A stretch of 63,960 nt of DNA, the filler included, from Salisapilia sapeloensis CBS 127946 (Eukaryota; Protista; Oomycota): the NCBI GenBank assembly GCA_023334545.1. It is 11 parts of 11 records of this genome, joined end to end, with 100 filler letters (N's around TTAATTAATTAA, not from the genome) between each part and the next. Parts side by side here need not be neighbours in the genome. Positions count along the whole stretch, not along the records: positions 1 to 7,025 come from JAADVB010000537.1; positions 7,126 to 12,656 come from JAADVB010000611.1; 9 more parts are not named here. One strand, written 5' to 3'. Under the pieces are notes generated by a model, which ran no database searches, had not been told where the DNA came from, and worked only from the letters and a program-made list of their open reading frames with translations. The position numbers and the translations under genes were made by a program. Positions 1-12,139 of the stretch are shown here, piece by piece (positions within the stretch are counted from its first letter, which is position 1; each line of letters opens with the position of its first letter).

Positions 1-211
1 GGATTTGTTCCGACGGTCGAGAGGGGGTGCGTCGAGTAGACGATGGTGGCATATCTCGGTACGCAGCTAGCTTCCGACCAAGATACGCTCGTGCAATGCT
101 CGGTAGCTGCCGGATCGCGGTTGTGGGGATAAGAAAACATCCTTCAGGTAGAGTGCCAAGAGGGTTGTAGTAGACGGTGGTGTTTGCGCTGGACGTCGGA
201 TTCGAGAGTGA
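1..211. repeat. Left arm of contig-terminal inverted repeat (partner 6815..7025), unclassified repeat family
   Basis: 1..211 is the reverse complement of 6815..7025: identical for 141 nt, one mismatch at position 142, matching again to 211. Weaker similarity appears to continue inward. Confidence 0.93.
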
Positions 212-3200
212 GTCAAGTGAAGTAAGAGCGCCGAACTCGGTTACGGCGTTGCGTTGAATCGTTCTACGGACTTGCATTGTATACTGTATGCATTGGTTGA
301 AGCAAAAGTAGATACGTGGTTGGTTGCACAGATACAAAAACGATGCTCTCACTTTTCAATATTCACGAATGTGTCGCATCGGACGAGAGAGTCGGCATTG
401 GTCTTTTATGCATCCTAGTGGCGATGTCGAGCCAGATGATGACGAATGGAAGGATGCTTTTGAATAAGTGCCCTACAACTGGATTCCAGATTCTTGCGAT
501 CTTTTCGAATTTGTTGATGGCGTATCGAGCTCGCGGACGTAATGGATCGGGTTGACAATAAGGCTAAGACGGAGCTCTACAATAAACACTTGGAGTGTAG
601 CATCCAGTGAGATATAACTGCATCATCAAGTCTGCTTAGATAATCGTACGTTTCAACGCCCAATGCACCAGACATATCCACACTCGGATATCGCAGACTG
701 CAGGCTCGTCTGTCGTACTTTCGAAACGAAGTCGTTAACTCTACTTCCGACCAGCAATGGCAGACGTATTATTGACGATCAAGGATTTGCCCCGCGCTTA
801 CTTTAATGCTGAGGGTTTAATTACGTGAAGTAAACAAAGTATGTGCTTACACGATGCAGGGTGTGTTATTTACAAGACTAAACCATGCGTGACAACTGGT
901 CAAAGCGGAACATATCTAAAGTCTTGTAGATCTCTTCCTGAAAACCTGATGGACTGGGTCGACAAAGTTTTACACAAGTGGGATCCAATTGCCGCTGATA
1001 GTCATGTACATGGTTGTTTTGAACTGGGTGTGCTATCGCAATGTCGAATGTGGAGATTTTATCGTGGGTAATGCCAGCACGAGCAACTTCTAGTCTCTGA
1101 TGACGAGATATCCTCGACGGCCATTTCTAAAGCATACTTATGGAATATGCCAAGTGTATAAATTGCCTTATGGATGCACTTTACAGATAGATTGGCTAAT
1201 CGTCTAGCAATGCACTCATCTGTTCAATTCTTATCCGGGCATTAGCGCACTTCGTTAGTTTGCTTGTAGCTTAATCGAAGGCAACACTACAGTTGCTTTC
1301 GAATGCGTTCGACATTTTGGTCCGAGCCATACTTTCGACGCAGGCATTGACTAAAATCAAGTGCGTATGCGAACGACGGTGCTTTAACTACGGACTATCG
1401 GATCCTGGAATGCAACATTCTGGAATTTTTCCACGAATGGGCGACAATGCAGAATCCTATACGTAGAAAGGATAGTTCGCACAGGTTTCTATCAAGCCTA
1501 CGAGTTTCCCAATGACCATAGGCAAATAAAAGATTGCATTAAAGTTTAATGCAGTACGTTCTTCTTTGATCAAAATGCTTCAGTCTTTTTAGCCAAATAT
1601 TTCACAGGCCTCAAGATATTGCTCTCATGTACAAGCATTCACATATGGTCGCTGGACTGGTAAATTCTGATCACGAATTCATGGCGACTCGGTGCCACAG
1701 GCTACTTTAACATGGACTATAGAGTATCAGAATAATCTTGGCACATCTCGTCGTCAGATATCCAACTTAAGCACAGCATGATGTTGGTTCTATCGCTTCC
1801 ACTCGCGCTAGCGCTAGCGTATCCATCCTTGTGTGACAAAAAAATGGCTAAATTTCCATATATTTCAGGAGTAGTGATGCCGATGCTTATTTACAATGCG
1901 CGCCAGGATTTCGAAAAGATTTGCAGTGTTGGGACATCAAGATCCATTACTTGCTACGCGATTATTTTTTTTCGATGTTAGACCTGGCGTCATGATGACG
2001 AGTCTCTCCAAAACTTTACATTGATTGGTATCGACGCTACCGCAAGCTGCTTTCAGTGGTCTCACGGAGTACCATGCGTTCGGAATTAAAACTACACGGG
2101 AAACTTAAACCGGTATTCACAGCTTACAGATATTAAACGAATACTTCAAGTGACGAGAAGCTATATTTTGAACCAATCTGTTAATATCGGTACTCAAGCA
2201 TAGCAATAACAATGTGACTAGCCTAAGTAAGCTCATCTTGAAGTGAACTAAGCGTGCTAGCATAGGCTGAAGCTATGGCCATAGCCATAGTCAATAGTTG
2301 TGTTGCTTTACCATTTAGACAAAGTGACATGAGAGAGCTTCACCATAAAACGATATTCGAAACGATCACAGTTATTTTTAAATGAACGATGAATTCAAAG
2401 AATGAGCGTGCACCTCGTTTTGTTTCTTCTACAATTTTACTCGAATTAGAAAGAGCGAGCGAACTTGGAGCGCGTATTATGTTTTCATGGTAGTTATAAT
2501 CGCGACAGGCGAACAAAGAGCTGCCTTAAACTTTATGATGCAATCTGAACCTTGGACGCATTCATTTACTTCCCTATGCTTTACATCTTCGCATGGTTCT
2601 TGTTCGAAGACCCATGTTCATTATTTTAGTTTTCTCGGACGATACTTCTGTGTATTCATTATCGCTTCATCTTTTAAACGAGATAAATCTCCATGGTACT
2701 ATTATACCTGCCAAAGCCACTTCCTTTTACAGTCATTTCATTTGTTGTGATGTGAAGGTATATCTTTTGCTTTGAAGCTTACCTTTTCAATGAATAGTAT
2801 CCATCATCATATAGCTATTGATCTTATGCAAATACTTGCATGCAGAATACTCTGCAATCTCTTTTCCTAGCCTCTGTGATTTTACTGTAAAAGTCATTGC
2901 TCCTACTGTTATGCCGAGCTTAAACCGCCTGAGATCCCAACGCAAGCATTTTAAATAGGTAATTAATTATGTATTTAGCAGCGGTGCGAAATGACCGCCT
3001 CAGTCTGGACAGGTCAGCAGCACACTCTCACATAATAACTCTACCAACCAAGAAAACATTGCTGCTCACGCCAGGGAATAACTTACAATTTTCCATAAGC
3101 GAATTCCCATTGTAGCATTTCATAAAAAGCATGATAACGTGGAAACTCAAGAAAAGATCTTTTCGCTTTGTGTGACTTTAAATTAATTCTATGTATGAAA

Positions 3201-4166
3201 TTCCAAGTTGAAGCTACATTATAGCTGTATAGGTATTTTCTTGTGCGTCCAAAATCAAATAGCATACCTTGGCTTTTTAATATGGATTTCGCGAAGTTGT
3301 TATATAGCACATCCAATCATGTCATATTGCACTCCTTGCTTTTGCTCGAAGCTTTGGCAATCCGCGAAGATACTTGCGATACATTCGCAGAAAATTGTTT
3401 GAAAATAGATATCGAACGCACAAATCAAACTGCGTGCTCCTACCTTTTGCAACAGCTAGAATCCATGTGCCTTCTTTTGCGGGCGAATACCACAATAGAT
3501 ACACTGTGCTGCATAAAAGATATTGATTCCTTGTATAATCACGCTAGCTTGCATTTGCCTCGCTAATAGCTCACTATGATGCACTCCACGTTAAATTATA
3601 ATATTGCCTCCCTGCTTGACTTATTCTCATTTTCATCAATACGTTTGAATACGCAGTAGGTGATGGAACAGGTTTTAATGGTATGCCAAACGTCTCATTT
3701 TAGCATCGCGGAAACCAAAAATAGCTCAACATAAGCTTCAAGTTACTTTTGCCATCAACTTTCCATACACAATACACTGCACAGTGACTTGAAAGTGATC
3801 AAGTGTACGCCAATAAGTACTTAAAGTGCATCATAAGTCCAGACGCGATCATTAAAGCGTGGATGAGAACATAGACTTCCAAGACGTTGTTAGCTTAACG
3901 TTTTTACAGCCAGTACTAACGCATGTGCATGTAGGGTACATCGTTCAAAAATAGATTATTTTTCTTGATCCACATATATTTTTATGCTGAGGTAGCCCAA
4001 GGCAGAGGTAGACCGAGGACGTGGTATTGCCCTTCCCACGCCCTAGCTCACTCCTTTCCATAGTTAAGAAAAGATCGTATACGTTGGAGGGACCAGCAAG
4101 CCGTATGTACAAAGATAGATCTGCTCTGCCTCCGAAGACCATTTACCTACTGCTTTTGCCTGCAGT

Positions 4167-4182
4167 CCTCATTTTAAGTTTC
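4167..4182 (+). promoter_or_regulatory. Oomycete INR/FPR-like core promoter element
   Basis: CCTCATTTTAAGTTTC fits the oomycete consensus GCTCATTYBNNNWTTY at 15/16 positions and lies about 60 nt upstream of the ATG at 4244. Confidence 0.55.
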
Positions 4183-4243
4183 CAGTCTCAGCGCTCAAGC
4201 ACATCTTGCGCCTTCAATCAACTATACACGTAGAAGATAGACA

Positions 4244-5149
4244 ATGGCATCAAGGTCACAGCTAAGCAACGGGGCTAATGACAGCACTGCTGTAAAGTCA
4301 GAACCCAACCTGAATCAATCGAACAAGTCTTCATCAAACGATCGTCCCTACTATGGAAAGTGCCAGTACAAGACTGGCAAATGCTTCAACGAGCGCACTT
4401 TAAAGCGTAACGGCGATGTGCATTCGCTCTGCGAGGAGCATCGTCTCAAGCAAAACTTTATCCAGCGTCGAAGCGACCGCAAGTACCAGGCGTTGCATGC
4501 AATGCGGCGCCGAGAGCGTTCACAACGCAAGGCTGTATTCAAGAAGCAAATGTCCATGGCTGTGGCACAGCAGCTCTTTTACGAGCACCAACAACAAAAG
4601 AATTTGGCTGTACCCAGCTATATGTACGAACACTCTGCAGCAAACATGACTCATTCCAACTCTGATTCGACTATCCCCGCGTATACACAACCGGGTCATT
4701 GTAGTCAAAAGTCCGAAGCTGATCCCGACATGTCTAGTAATTTCGTGTACAATGTCGACACTAATGAAGATCCACAAGAGTCAAGCGAGCAGCTACACTA
4801 TGACAATGATGAGTTAAAGGCCAATAAGCGTGGTACAAAGCGCTCCCGGGCAACGTGCTCGGAACCAGATATGCCATCGCACTCTGTGAAAGTGAAAAAT
4901 TTTACATCAGAGTTGTCTAATTCTGAAGGAAGCAACAAAGTCGCTCGAATGGATCAAAGCACTGGTTATCAAAATGATGTGAACGAGACACCAACAGGTG
5001 TGGATGGAGCGAATGTAAACACTTCATCATTTATCGCGCCTGAAGTTGCCAACGAACCGTGGTCGCCTATCCTCTCGACAGTCTCAATTTCGAAAGAGTT
5101 TTGGAGTGAAGACGATCTAGATTTCCTCCACAATGCTCTCCTCGCTTAA
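4244..5149 (+). CDS. Oomycete-type protein with N-terminal C-x6-C-x15-C-x2-H motif and basic helix (putative nucleic-acid-binding regulator), 301 aa
   Basis: CQYKTGKCFNERTLKRNGDVHSLCEEHRLKQNFIQRRSDRKY, followed by a basic/Gln-rich helix and a low-complexity tail. Uninterrupted ORF with an upstream promoter motif. Confidence 0.75.
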   Translation: MASRSQLSNGANDSTAVKSEPNLNQSNKSSSNDRPYYGKCQYKTGKCFNERTLKRNGDVHSLCEEHRLKQNFIQRRSDRKYQALHAMRRRERSQRKAVFKKQMSMAVAQQLFYEHQQQKNLAVPSYMYEHSAANMTHSNSDSTIPAYTQPGHCSQKSEADPDMSSNFVYNVDTNEDPQESSEQLHYDNDELKANKRGTKRSRATCSEPDMPSHSVKVKNFTSELSNSEGSNKVARMDQSTGYQNDVNETPTGVDGANVNTSSFIAPEVANEPWSPILSTVSISKEFWSEDDLDFLHNALLA

Positions 5150-6814
5150 AGCGTGCGAGAGGGACCTTCGAAGAGCTTTATCTTCCAAGTAACGTAAACA
5201 ATTGAAATCAATCCGATTATAAACTAAATTTGGAATAGTTGTTTTAGATTTAATCACCCCATGAATGAAAATGAACTAAATATTTTATCATTCTTCTTGA
5301 AGCAACCAATAGTGGGCCTAAAGTACTGGAATTGGACAACATTTATCCGTCATCTGTGTTCGAGATTATCGCCGGCAACCTGAATAAATATCGGACTTTA
5401 AAATAATCAGCATCCGATATTTACATATTAGACTCCAAAGTATCAAAATCTGACGATCAAAATATCCGCATCAGAACGCAAGAAATATAAGACAACATTC
5501 TACTACTTTGAACCCCCTAATGTGTAGTTATCCACAATAAGTTCAAATGCCAAACTTCAGTGAGGTTGAAGCATTTAAACTGTCCAAATAATGGTAGATG
5601 ATCGGGGCAACTGCAGGAAGGCGGCATCGTTCCCTGTTACGATCATCGTACTTTCAAAGAAGTTTCCTGATCGCGTAGAAAATCAACAGGTTGACACCAG
5701 ATCATACTACTTCAACTAAACCCAATACGGTGCACTCAAACATCTAAATGCATGCTGCCGTGTTTGCGTCAGCTATACTATGCGATAGTTTGTCAAATGC
5801 AATGCACAGAGCATCACTGCATGAGGTATCTAGATGTACCCATCCCTTGCCCGGTTGCATTCTGATTTGCTACAGTCCCTACCGCACAGTCGCACCTTGG
5901 CGCACGCATGCTTTCGTTTCCAGTCATTTACGTACTGGAGTAACTAGTGACAACGCTCTAAATTCAGGATAGTATAAAACAGAAAGACTAGATATCTGTC
6001 TTCATAACACAAACATAATTAAACTTTACACTCATGCCAGCCTCGCTGCTGTATGTTTTAGCGAAGACATTCATGCAACACCTCGATACTGGTGAACTAC
6101 ATGCGATCCCCACCGGGATATTCGCAGAAAGATACCGAGTTGCAATCAGCAGATGAGGCGGTTGACTGCTTTGGTACTTTTAAATTCCAGCTGGTTTCAG
6201 AGGCGTATAAGCTCGGTAGGATACAATTTCCAAGCATTGCGGTGGTCATCACTAGTCGGTCAACACTCGTCCGTCTTCATCAAGGCATACATGTACTCCT
6301 ACCAGTCATACTAAAAGCCCATTTCAGCAGACCTGCAGTTTGAACTAAAGTAGAGCTGTGATTAAACTCATGGAGTGTGATGTCTGGTGCCTGCTGTGTA
6401 GAAACATGTAACTGTTCCCATGCCAACTCGATGAAAAGAGTCCACCCCGCGCGCTCAGCTGCAGCTGTTCATCGCGATTCCACTCAGTTATCTTGTCGCC
6501 AATTTCGTCCGCTTTGTCAACGACCTCAATGCGCTATCAATGGTTCTGAAAAGAGCACGAGCGTCAGTACGACAGTCGTAAGGCGCTTGCATCACAAGAA
6601 TCCTTTCATCCACCATCTTCTGGCCACACATCGATACCACGTAAGAGAATTTAAAAACAACAACACTGTGACACGTTACTTTGCATTCGATGCGCCATCA
6701 CTGTCTTGTCTACCACCTCGCCCACACTCTTGCGTCGACAAAAAGATCACGCGATAGTCTGCCTGGTTCCTGCCGGCTACTTCGAAAAAGCTTCTCGATC
6801 CAGACTCGATTTCA

Positions 6815-7025
6815 TCACTCTCGAATCCGACGTCCAGCGCAAACACCACCGTCTACTACAACCCTCTTGGCACTCTACCTGAAAGATGTTTTCTTATCCC
6901 CACAACCGCGATCCGGCAGCTACCGAGCATTGCACGAGCGTATCTTGGTCGGAAGCTAGCTGCGTACCGAGATATGCCACCATCGTCTACTCGACGCACC
7001 CCCTCTCGACCGTCGGAACAAATCC
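6815..7025. repeat. Right arm of contig-terminal inverted repeat (partner 1..211)
   Basis: Reverse complement of 1..211; ends exactly at the linker. Confidence 0.93.
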
Positions 7026-7125
7026 NNNNNNNNNNNNNNNNNNNNNNNNNNNNNNNNNNNNNNNNNNNNTTAATTAATTAANNNNNNNNNNNNNNNNNNN
7101 NNNNNNNNNNNNNNNNNNNNNNNNN
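7026..7125. other. Artificial contig linker (44N-TTAATTAATTAA-44N)
   Basis: 100 nt; the core gives stop codons in all six frames; the same unit recurs ten times. Confidence 0.99.
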
Positions 7126-7127
7126 CA

Positions 7128-7268
7128 TGCCCCAAATTCGTTCGATCGTTGGCAGAGAAGTGTCTTTCGAATAACCCGGACGATCGCCCGACTGCCGTCA
7201 ATATCCAGTACTACTTCCACGAATTGATGAAGCATGGGTCATCTCAGGACGATGCTACCTTTGAATGA
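7128..7268 (+). CDS. TKL protein kinase, C-terminal fragment (5' truncated by contig edge)
   Basis: My translation: CPKFVRSLAEKCLSNNPDDRPTAVNIQYYFHELMKHGSSQDDATFE*, which is kinase subdomain XI (CLxxxPxxRPTA). Confidence 0.75.
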   Translation, partial: CPKFVRSLAEKCLSNNPDDRPTAVNIQYYFHELMKHGSSQDDATFE

Positions 7269-8051
7269 AAGAAAAACCAGCATGAATAAAAATACGACTT
7301 AGACGCATCCAATGCAAAATTTGACGACACAATATTAACAAGTATCTATTGCCCGAGATTGCCAATACCGCAGAATGTCGAAATTCTTCATACCTAGTGA
7401 AAGCTATTAGACAGGTTGTAATAAAATTATGAGCACTCTGTCTTTCTACCAACCTCTTTGAGTATATTAGAAAGAAGAAAATGTTAGTCTTAGACTCATC
7501 CCTTTAACAATATGTTCCTGATAGCTTTTGTTTGATGTCCACCAAGCTAGAGCCAGGTTTCTACTATAGGCAGCACTCAAACGTACTAGTTGTAAATAAA
7601 ACTTCTATTGCATATTCGTAAAGAATGTTGGCCACTGATGCTGCCATGATTCTCAACCTTTAAATCTTTAAAGAGTCGTAAATGGGCTCGGCAATCGATA
7701 CTTGCAATTCTGCTAGAACCTTCCTTTCGTCCACTCGTCGATGCGAAAACGTTCACATTGTGTAGTGCATTTCCAATATGAGTACGATAGTAGATTGTAT
7801 AACTCGAATTGTAAAGATTGCATTCGTTTGCTAATAGCACGCCAGACTTTTTATAATTACGAATCACGCTAAAGCTTTGACATACAGACGTTAATGATTT
7901 GGTAGCCATCACAGCAATGTTTGTGGATACATTGCCACCAACTTAGGTTTCATTCGAAAAGACTTCAGTGCCCATTATTGATTTGATTGCTGTCATTCTG
8001 CCCGCGCATGATACAGTAATGGATTTAATATTTATGCAGGATTTGGCCTTG

Positions 8052-8066
8052 TCATTTTTCATTTGC
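8052..8066 (+). promoter_or_regulatory. INR + FPR core promoter motif upstream of trypsin-like gene
   Basis: TCATTTT (INR, YCAYTYY) followed by CATTTGC (FPR, MWTTTNC), 35 nt upstream of the ATG at 8101. Confidence 0.55.
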
Positions 8067-8100
8067 ACGGATCGACCAACAACTTCCAAAAGCTGAAAAG

Positions 8101-9237
8101 ATGCACTCACTTTCTACTCGATTAGTAGCTATTTTAATAATTTCTCTCCAAGCAGTCTTTGCAACCTATGAAACGATTACAAGGGCTCGGCAGAACGATA
8201 GCCCCTCGATGCAATTTGACTTCCACAATGGGTTCAACCAGTCTGTTGATTATTCCTCTGTGAACACAACTAATAATGAAGAAAATCGCGTTTATCACGG
8301 TTCGCGAGTCACGGATATAAACCAAGTGCCGTACATTGTTTCACTTCTGATTCTGAAAAAAGCGGATGATAAATATGAATGGGAATGGACTCGGTGTGGT
8401 GCTATCTTAATTGCGCCAAAATATCTTCTTACTGCAGCACACTGCGTGGTACTTTACGATGAAGAAACCGGCGAATCTACGCTTACCAATTTAGTCTATG
8501 CTGGAGTTCATTCCTTGCAAAGCAAATTGAATGTACCTTCGAGGAATGTATTCCCAGTTGCTAGAATGTACGTACCGGAAAGGTACGACCTTTTTGAGAA
8601 TGCAGGCTGTGATGTGGCAGTGCTGGAACTAAACGAGGAGGTGCCCGAGGAGTATCGCCATTTTGCAACTCTAGCACATCCGGATGAAGACGCAGGTGAT
8701 ATGGTACATGCAGGAGCAACACTTTACGGATGGGGAGAAACTTCGGAATATAAGACAAACTCGGAAGATCTATTGAAAGGGAATGTTGTCATCATGAGCT
8801 ATGAAGACTGTAAATCTAATACGGATTTGCCTGTTAGAGGTGAGACAGATGACGGTGTTGACGACATTTATATATCAAAAAGTCACATATGCTACGCAGA
8901 AACGTACCAGATAAATTGTCATGGAGACTCTGGTGGACCTATAATCGTCAAGGACAAGGTTGTTGGGATTATTAGTTTGGGAAGTGAAGTTTGTGATCCA
9001 AAATCACCGGCACTGGGCATACGAGTGACTGCGGTTTGGGACTTTATTAATGAGTATGCTCACTTGGGTCTAGAAAGAAACAAAGATAGCAGTCGATGGA
9101 GTGATGATCCTGACACTGCACCGGATAGTGCTGGTCCTGGATATGAGACTGAGCTAGTTGTATTAGGGTCAGAGTTTGGGCTGAGTTATGGTGTTGACGT
9201 CGATATGCCTCATTCATCCCAAAGTAGGAACTCTTGA
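8101..9237 (+). CDS. Secreted S1 (trypsin-fold) serine protease, acidic, intact triad, 378 aa
   Basis: Hydrophobic N-terminus; pro-region ending EENR|VYHG; LLTAAHC (His), CDVAVLEL (Asp), CHGDSGGP (Ser). Confidence 0.93.
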   Translation: MHSLSTRLVAILIISLQAVFATYETITRARQNDSPSMQFDFHNGFNQSVDYSSVNTTNNEENRVYHGSRVTDINQVPYIVSLLILKKADDKYEWEWTRCGAILIAPKYLLTAAHCVVLYDEETGESTLTNLVYAGVHSLQSKLNVPSRNVFPVARMYVPERYDLFENAGCDVAVLELNEEVPEEYRHFATLAHPDEDAGDMVHAGATLYGWGETSEYKTNSEDLLKGNVVIMSYEDCKSNTDLPVRGETDDGVDDIYISKSHICYAETYQINCHGDSGGPIIVKDKVVGIISLGSEVCDPKSPALGIRVTAVWDFINEYAHLGLERNKDSSRWSDDPDTAPDSAGPGYETELVVLGSEFGLSYGVDVDMPHSSQSRNS

Positions 9238-10101
9238 ATGAACATGAAGTCAGTTGAATCATCTCAAACTGCATGTGGCAGGTACAGGTTGTCTATTTGT
9301 TTGGTTAGATTATGTAATAGTACTCTTTTGGTTCTAGTCTCTGAAGGTCACTGCTATCTCGTTCTTGCCAAGGTGCGCTTCGCCTGGTTCGATGCTATTT
9401 TAATCTTTACTTACGATATCATGGAATTGGTAAGTACGAGCTACTAAGTAACGCGCAGTATTGTCCGGTAGGCAAAGCATACAACAATGTGACTCTGCTT
9501 CCCCTACATACTGGTGACAAGTACGGAGAACGAGTCATCGAAGGACTGGAAGCTTTAAGCAATAGTAGCGTATTCGTCCTCGCTGTGTCGATGATATGAC
9601 GTAGAGTTGGTACTTTGGGAGTTGATTGGTAACCCCGTCGTAATAATTATCAGGATTATGTCTGCGATTTCGCCTACTCAATCTATAGATTGTCATGCTG
9701 CGTGATTCAGAGCGAGCATATCATTCTCGTTGGCTTGTCTATCTATGATACGTGCACAGTGCTTGGATGCATACTAGGAAATGACGTAAACGCATTATAA
9801 TGGGGCCCTCTTTGTCTCTTTCCAGTCAAGAGCTATAGTCTACATTGTTCGACGTGCCAGTCATGCGCTTAAAATCACTTTTGCGCCTGTCAATTGCTGC
9901 AGTGGCAGAGCTGTGCTATTCGCATGAATCACTTATGTACGCTCCAAAGCAGAGAAGAAGATATCTCATTCACAGCTCGATGCTAACCACACTAGGTACT
10001 GCCAATCGAGATCTTGAGTAGAGAAATATAGACATGTCACGTTGTTGAATACACAGCTCAAACACCAATGTACTATTGAAACAACATTTAAAGTCAGGAG
10101 T

Positions 10102-11031
10102 TCAATTTCCATTATCACTGCCGTCTAGACCAAGTCCCGCCGCTTGATTGATAAATTTCCAAACAGCGCTAATTTTAACGAAGACTTCCAAATTTTTTCC
10201 GGTGCAGGCACTCCATCCCCAAGATACTATACCAATCAGCTCTCCGTCTCGAATTAATGGTCCGCCGCTGTCACCTTTGCATGCTTGCTGCTTCTTTTCG
10301 CCTCTTCGCCTCTTCGCGGCTTTCACGCAAAGGTTCGCATTCGATACTTTCGGTTTGCCCTTACGCGGAAGGTAATAGAAAAAAGATAATATTTTACACG
10401 CCCTAATGTTGACAACGTTGACTCTATCGGCTACAAGAAGCTGATTCGATCGGCGAGATTTTCGGCGATACCTTCCCCAACCATAGATCTTGGCTTTCCC
10501 AGTTTTGTCCAAGTAAGGTTCACTACGGCTAAGCGGTGTGTATCTGCGTTGTTTTGACCGTGATACATTTCTCTCAAGTCTGATGACAGCAACGTCGTAT
10601 TCACCTGTCACTGCATTGAAATCTGGATGCACGAATGTATCTATCATATGGACAACTTCTCCTTGGCCTCCACGGATACTCCGATAATTTGAATCGATGG
10701 TAACATTAATCGAAACCAAGCGATTTGATGGCAAACCTGCATCGTAGACGCAATGTGCAGCAGTCAAAACAGCATCTCCAGATAGTAGAGATCCAGTACA
10801 AGCTATCTTATGACCAGATTCAAACGTTATATTTAAGAGTACAACGTGAACATCATCACTTTTCGAAAGTGGTCTACCGTTGGCGATACGATTTTCATTT
10901 CTTTCCGAGAAATTCAAGCTAACCGGCGTTGATACAGTGCCTTCGTCATAAAATTCCTCCATGGGTGCAGTGCATTCTGAGGTGAAGGATAGTAGCGACA
11001 AGCATAAGATGAAATATCCTAGCGAAGGCAT
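10102..11031 (-). CDS. Secreted S1 (trypsin-fold) serine protease, basic, intact triad, 309 aa
   Basis: Signal-like N-terminus; ENR|IANG; VLTAAHC, YDVAVIRL, CKGDSGGP, GIVSWG. Confidence 0.93.
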   Translation of the reverse strand: MPSLGYFILCLSLLSFTSECTAPMEEFYDEGTVSTPVSLNFSERNENRIANGRPLSKSDDVHVVLLNITFESGHKIACTGSLLSGDAVLTAAHCVYDAGLPSNRLVSINVTIDSNYRSIRGGQGEVVHMIDTFVHPDFNAVTGEYDVAVIRLERNVSRSKQRRYTPLSRSEPYLDKTGKAKIYGWGRYRRKSRRSNQLLVADRVNVVNIRACKILSFFYYLPRKGKPKVSNANLCVKAAKRRRGEKKQQACKGDSGGPLIRDGELIGIVSWGWSACTGKNLEVFVKISAVWKFINQAAGLGLDGSDNGN

Positions 11032-12139
11032 AATCGTAATGTCAGCACGGAAGCAAATGTAGCAGTAAAGAATCTAAAATAGACATGCCGCTTCTGTCAA
11101 GTGATCCGAGGTAGTGATGCCCGCACATGCGCGCTTCGGCATTTGAAATGATTCTTTATTGGCCTATAAACTTGATAGTAAAGCTTTAGGGAATTACTGT
11201 TCATAGGGAGGGACCAGAGGTGATTTTGACAAGTTAATTTCATTGAAATGTTCCCAGTTTTGGCTTTGTTGATGTCACCATCTCTTTTCGACTATAGAAA
11301 CTATGCTTAGCTTATCTTCACTCTACAAAGCGGTGTCACGCCTTGCTAGATATCTTGAATAAAATTAACTCAGATATGGTTCCGACAGAGGATAATCGAT
11401 GGACGGCGAAGCTCGACGTCACGTTACCACGATAGATGTCGAAATTCCTACATAAACACTGTAATGTTTTTAAAAACGATTGCGGTCCTAGCACTCTACT
11501 AGTAGAAAGTGCTTTGAAGTGCACAAATGCAGTAAGTAGCTGCAGTTGCTTCAACCAGAATGCTGCTCTTCAACAACACTGGCGATTCTAGATAGGCAAT
11601 GGTAACCTAGAATAATTAGGTGGAAACTTAGCCTATGTGGGAAAGTGGTAATTGAAACTTCTAAGTATAATTTGCTTTTTAAGTTACCTTCTATGACGCA
11701 AGTGCTGTGAGACCGGAGTTGGTTTAATAAAGCAAGAGTGAAAATAGCTTGAAAGATACTGATGATCGAATGCGTAGAATCAAGTGACCATGGACATCAA
11801 TCAATCGTAGATGACATCATTTTCGATGTCATCTTTAATCAGCTAGACGATATATCGAAAAACTTCGGTAAGCGCATGAAAGGGTTTTAACTCAAGTATT
11901 CAACCTAGACAAGTACGAAACGTCAAACAAGTATCTAAATAATGTCTCGACTCTGTTGAATAGGATCTATACGATTATTTTAAATGATAAAAACAAGCGA
12001 TGCAAGAATGCAGTAATACGTAGAGAAAACAATTAAAGAAGAATTTGAATGTGTCTTCCAAGGTTAGTGCATATGGTGTTAATCACCAAGTAAGAGAAAT
12101 AAAAATTTGATGCATCTTGCTTATCTCTTTTCATATAAT

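Noticed and set aside
720-1071. Stop-interrupted protein-like frame (SNGRRIIDDQGFARAYF*...MCLHDAGCVIYKTKPC)
   Set aside because: May be a gene remnant but no family could be recognised.
5385-5423. 11-bp perfect hairpin TAAATATCGGA...TCCGATATTTA, with similar CCGATAT/ATCGGA words near 60400..60460
   Set aside because: Too short in AT-rich DNA to support a MITE, Helitron end or terminator call without copy-number data.
6886-7077. ORFs containing X runs or starting or ending in linkers (also 12701..12898, the tail of 27929..28333, 41605..41817, 48934..49266, 62470..62910)
   Set aside because: They read through N gaps; artefacts.
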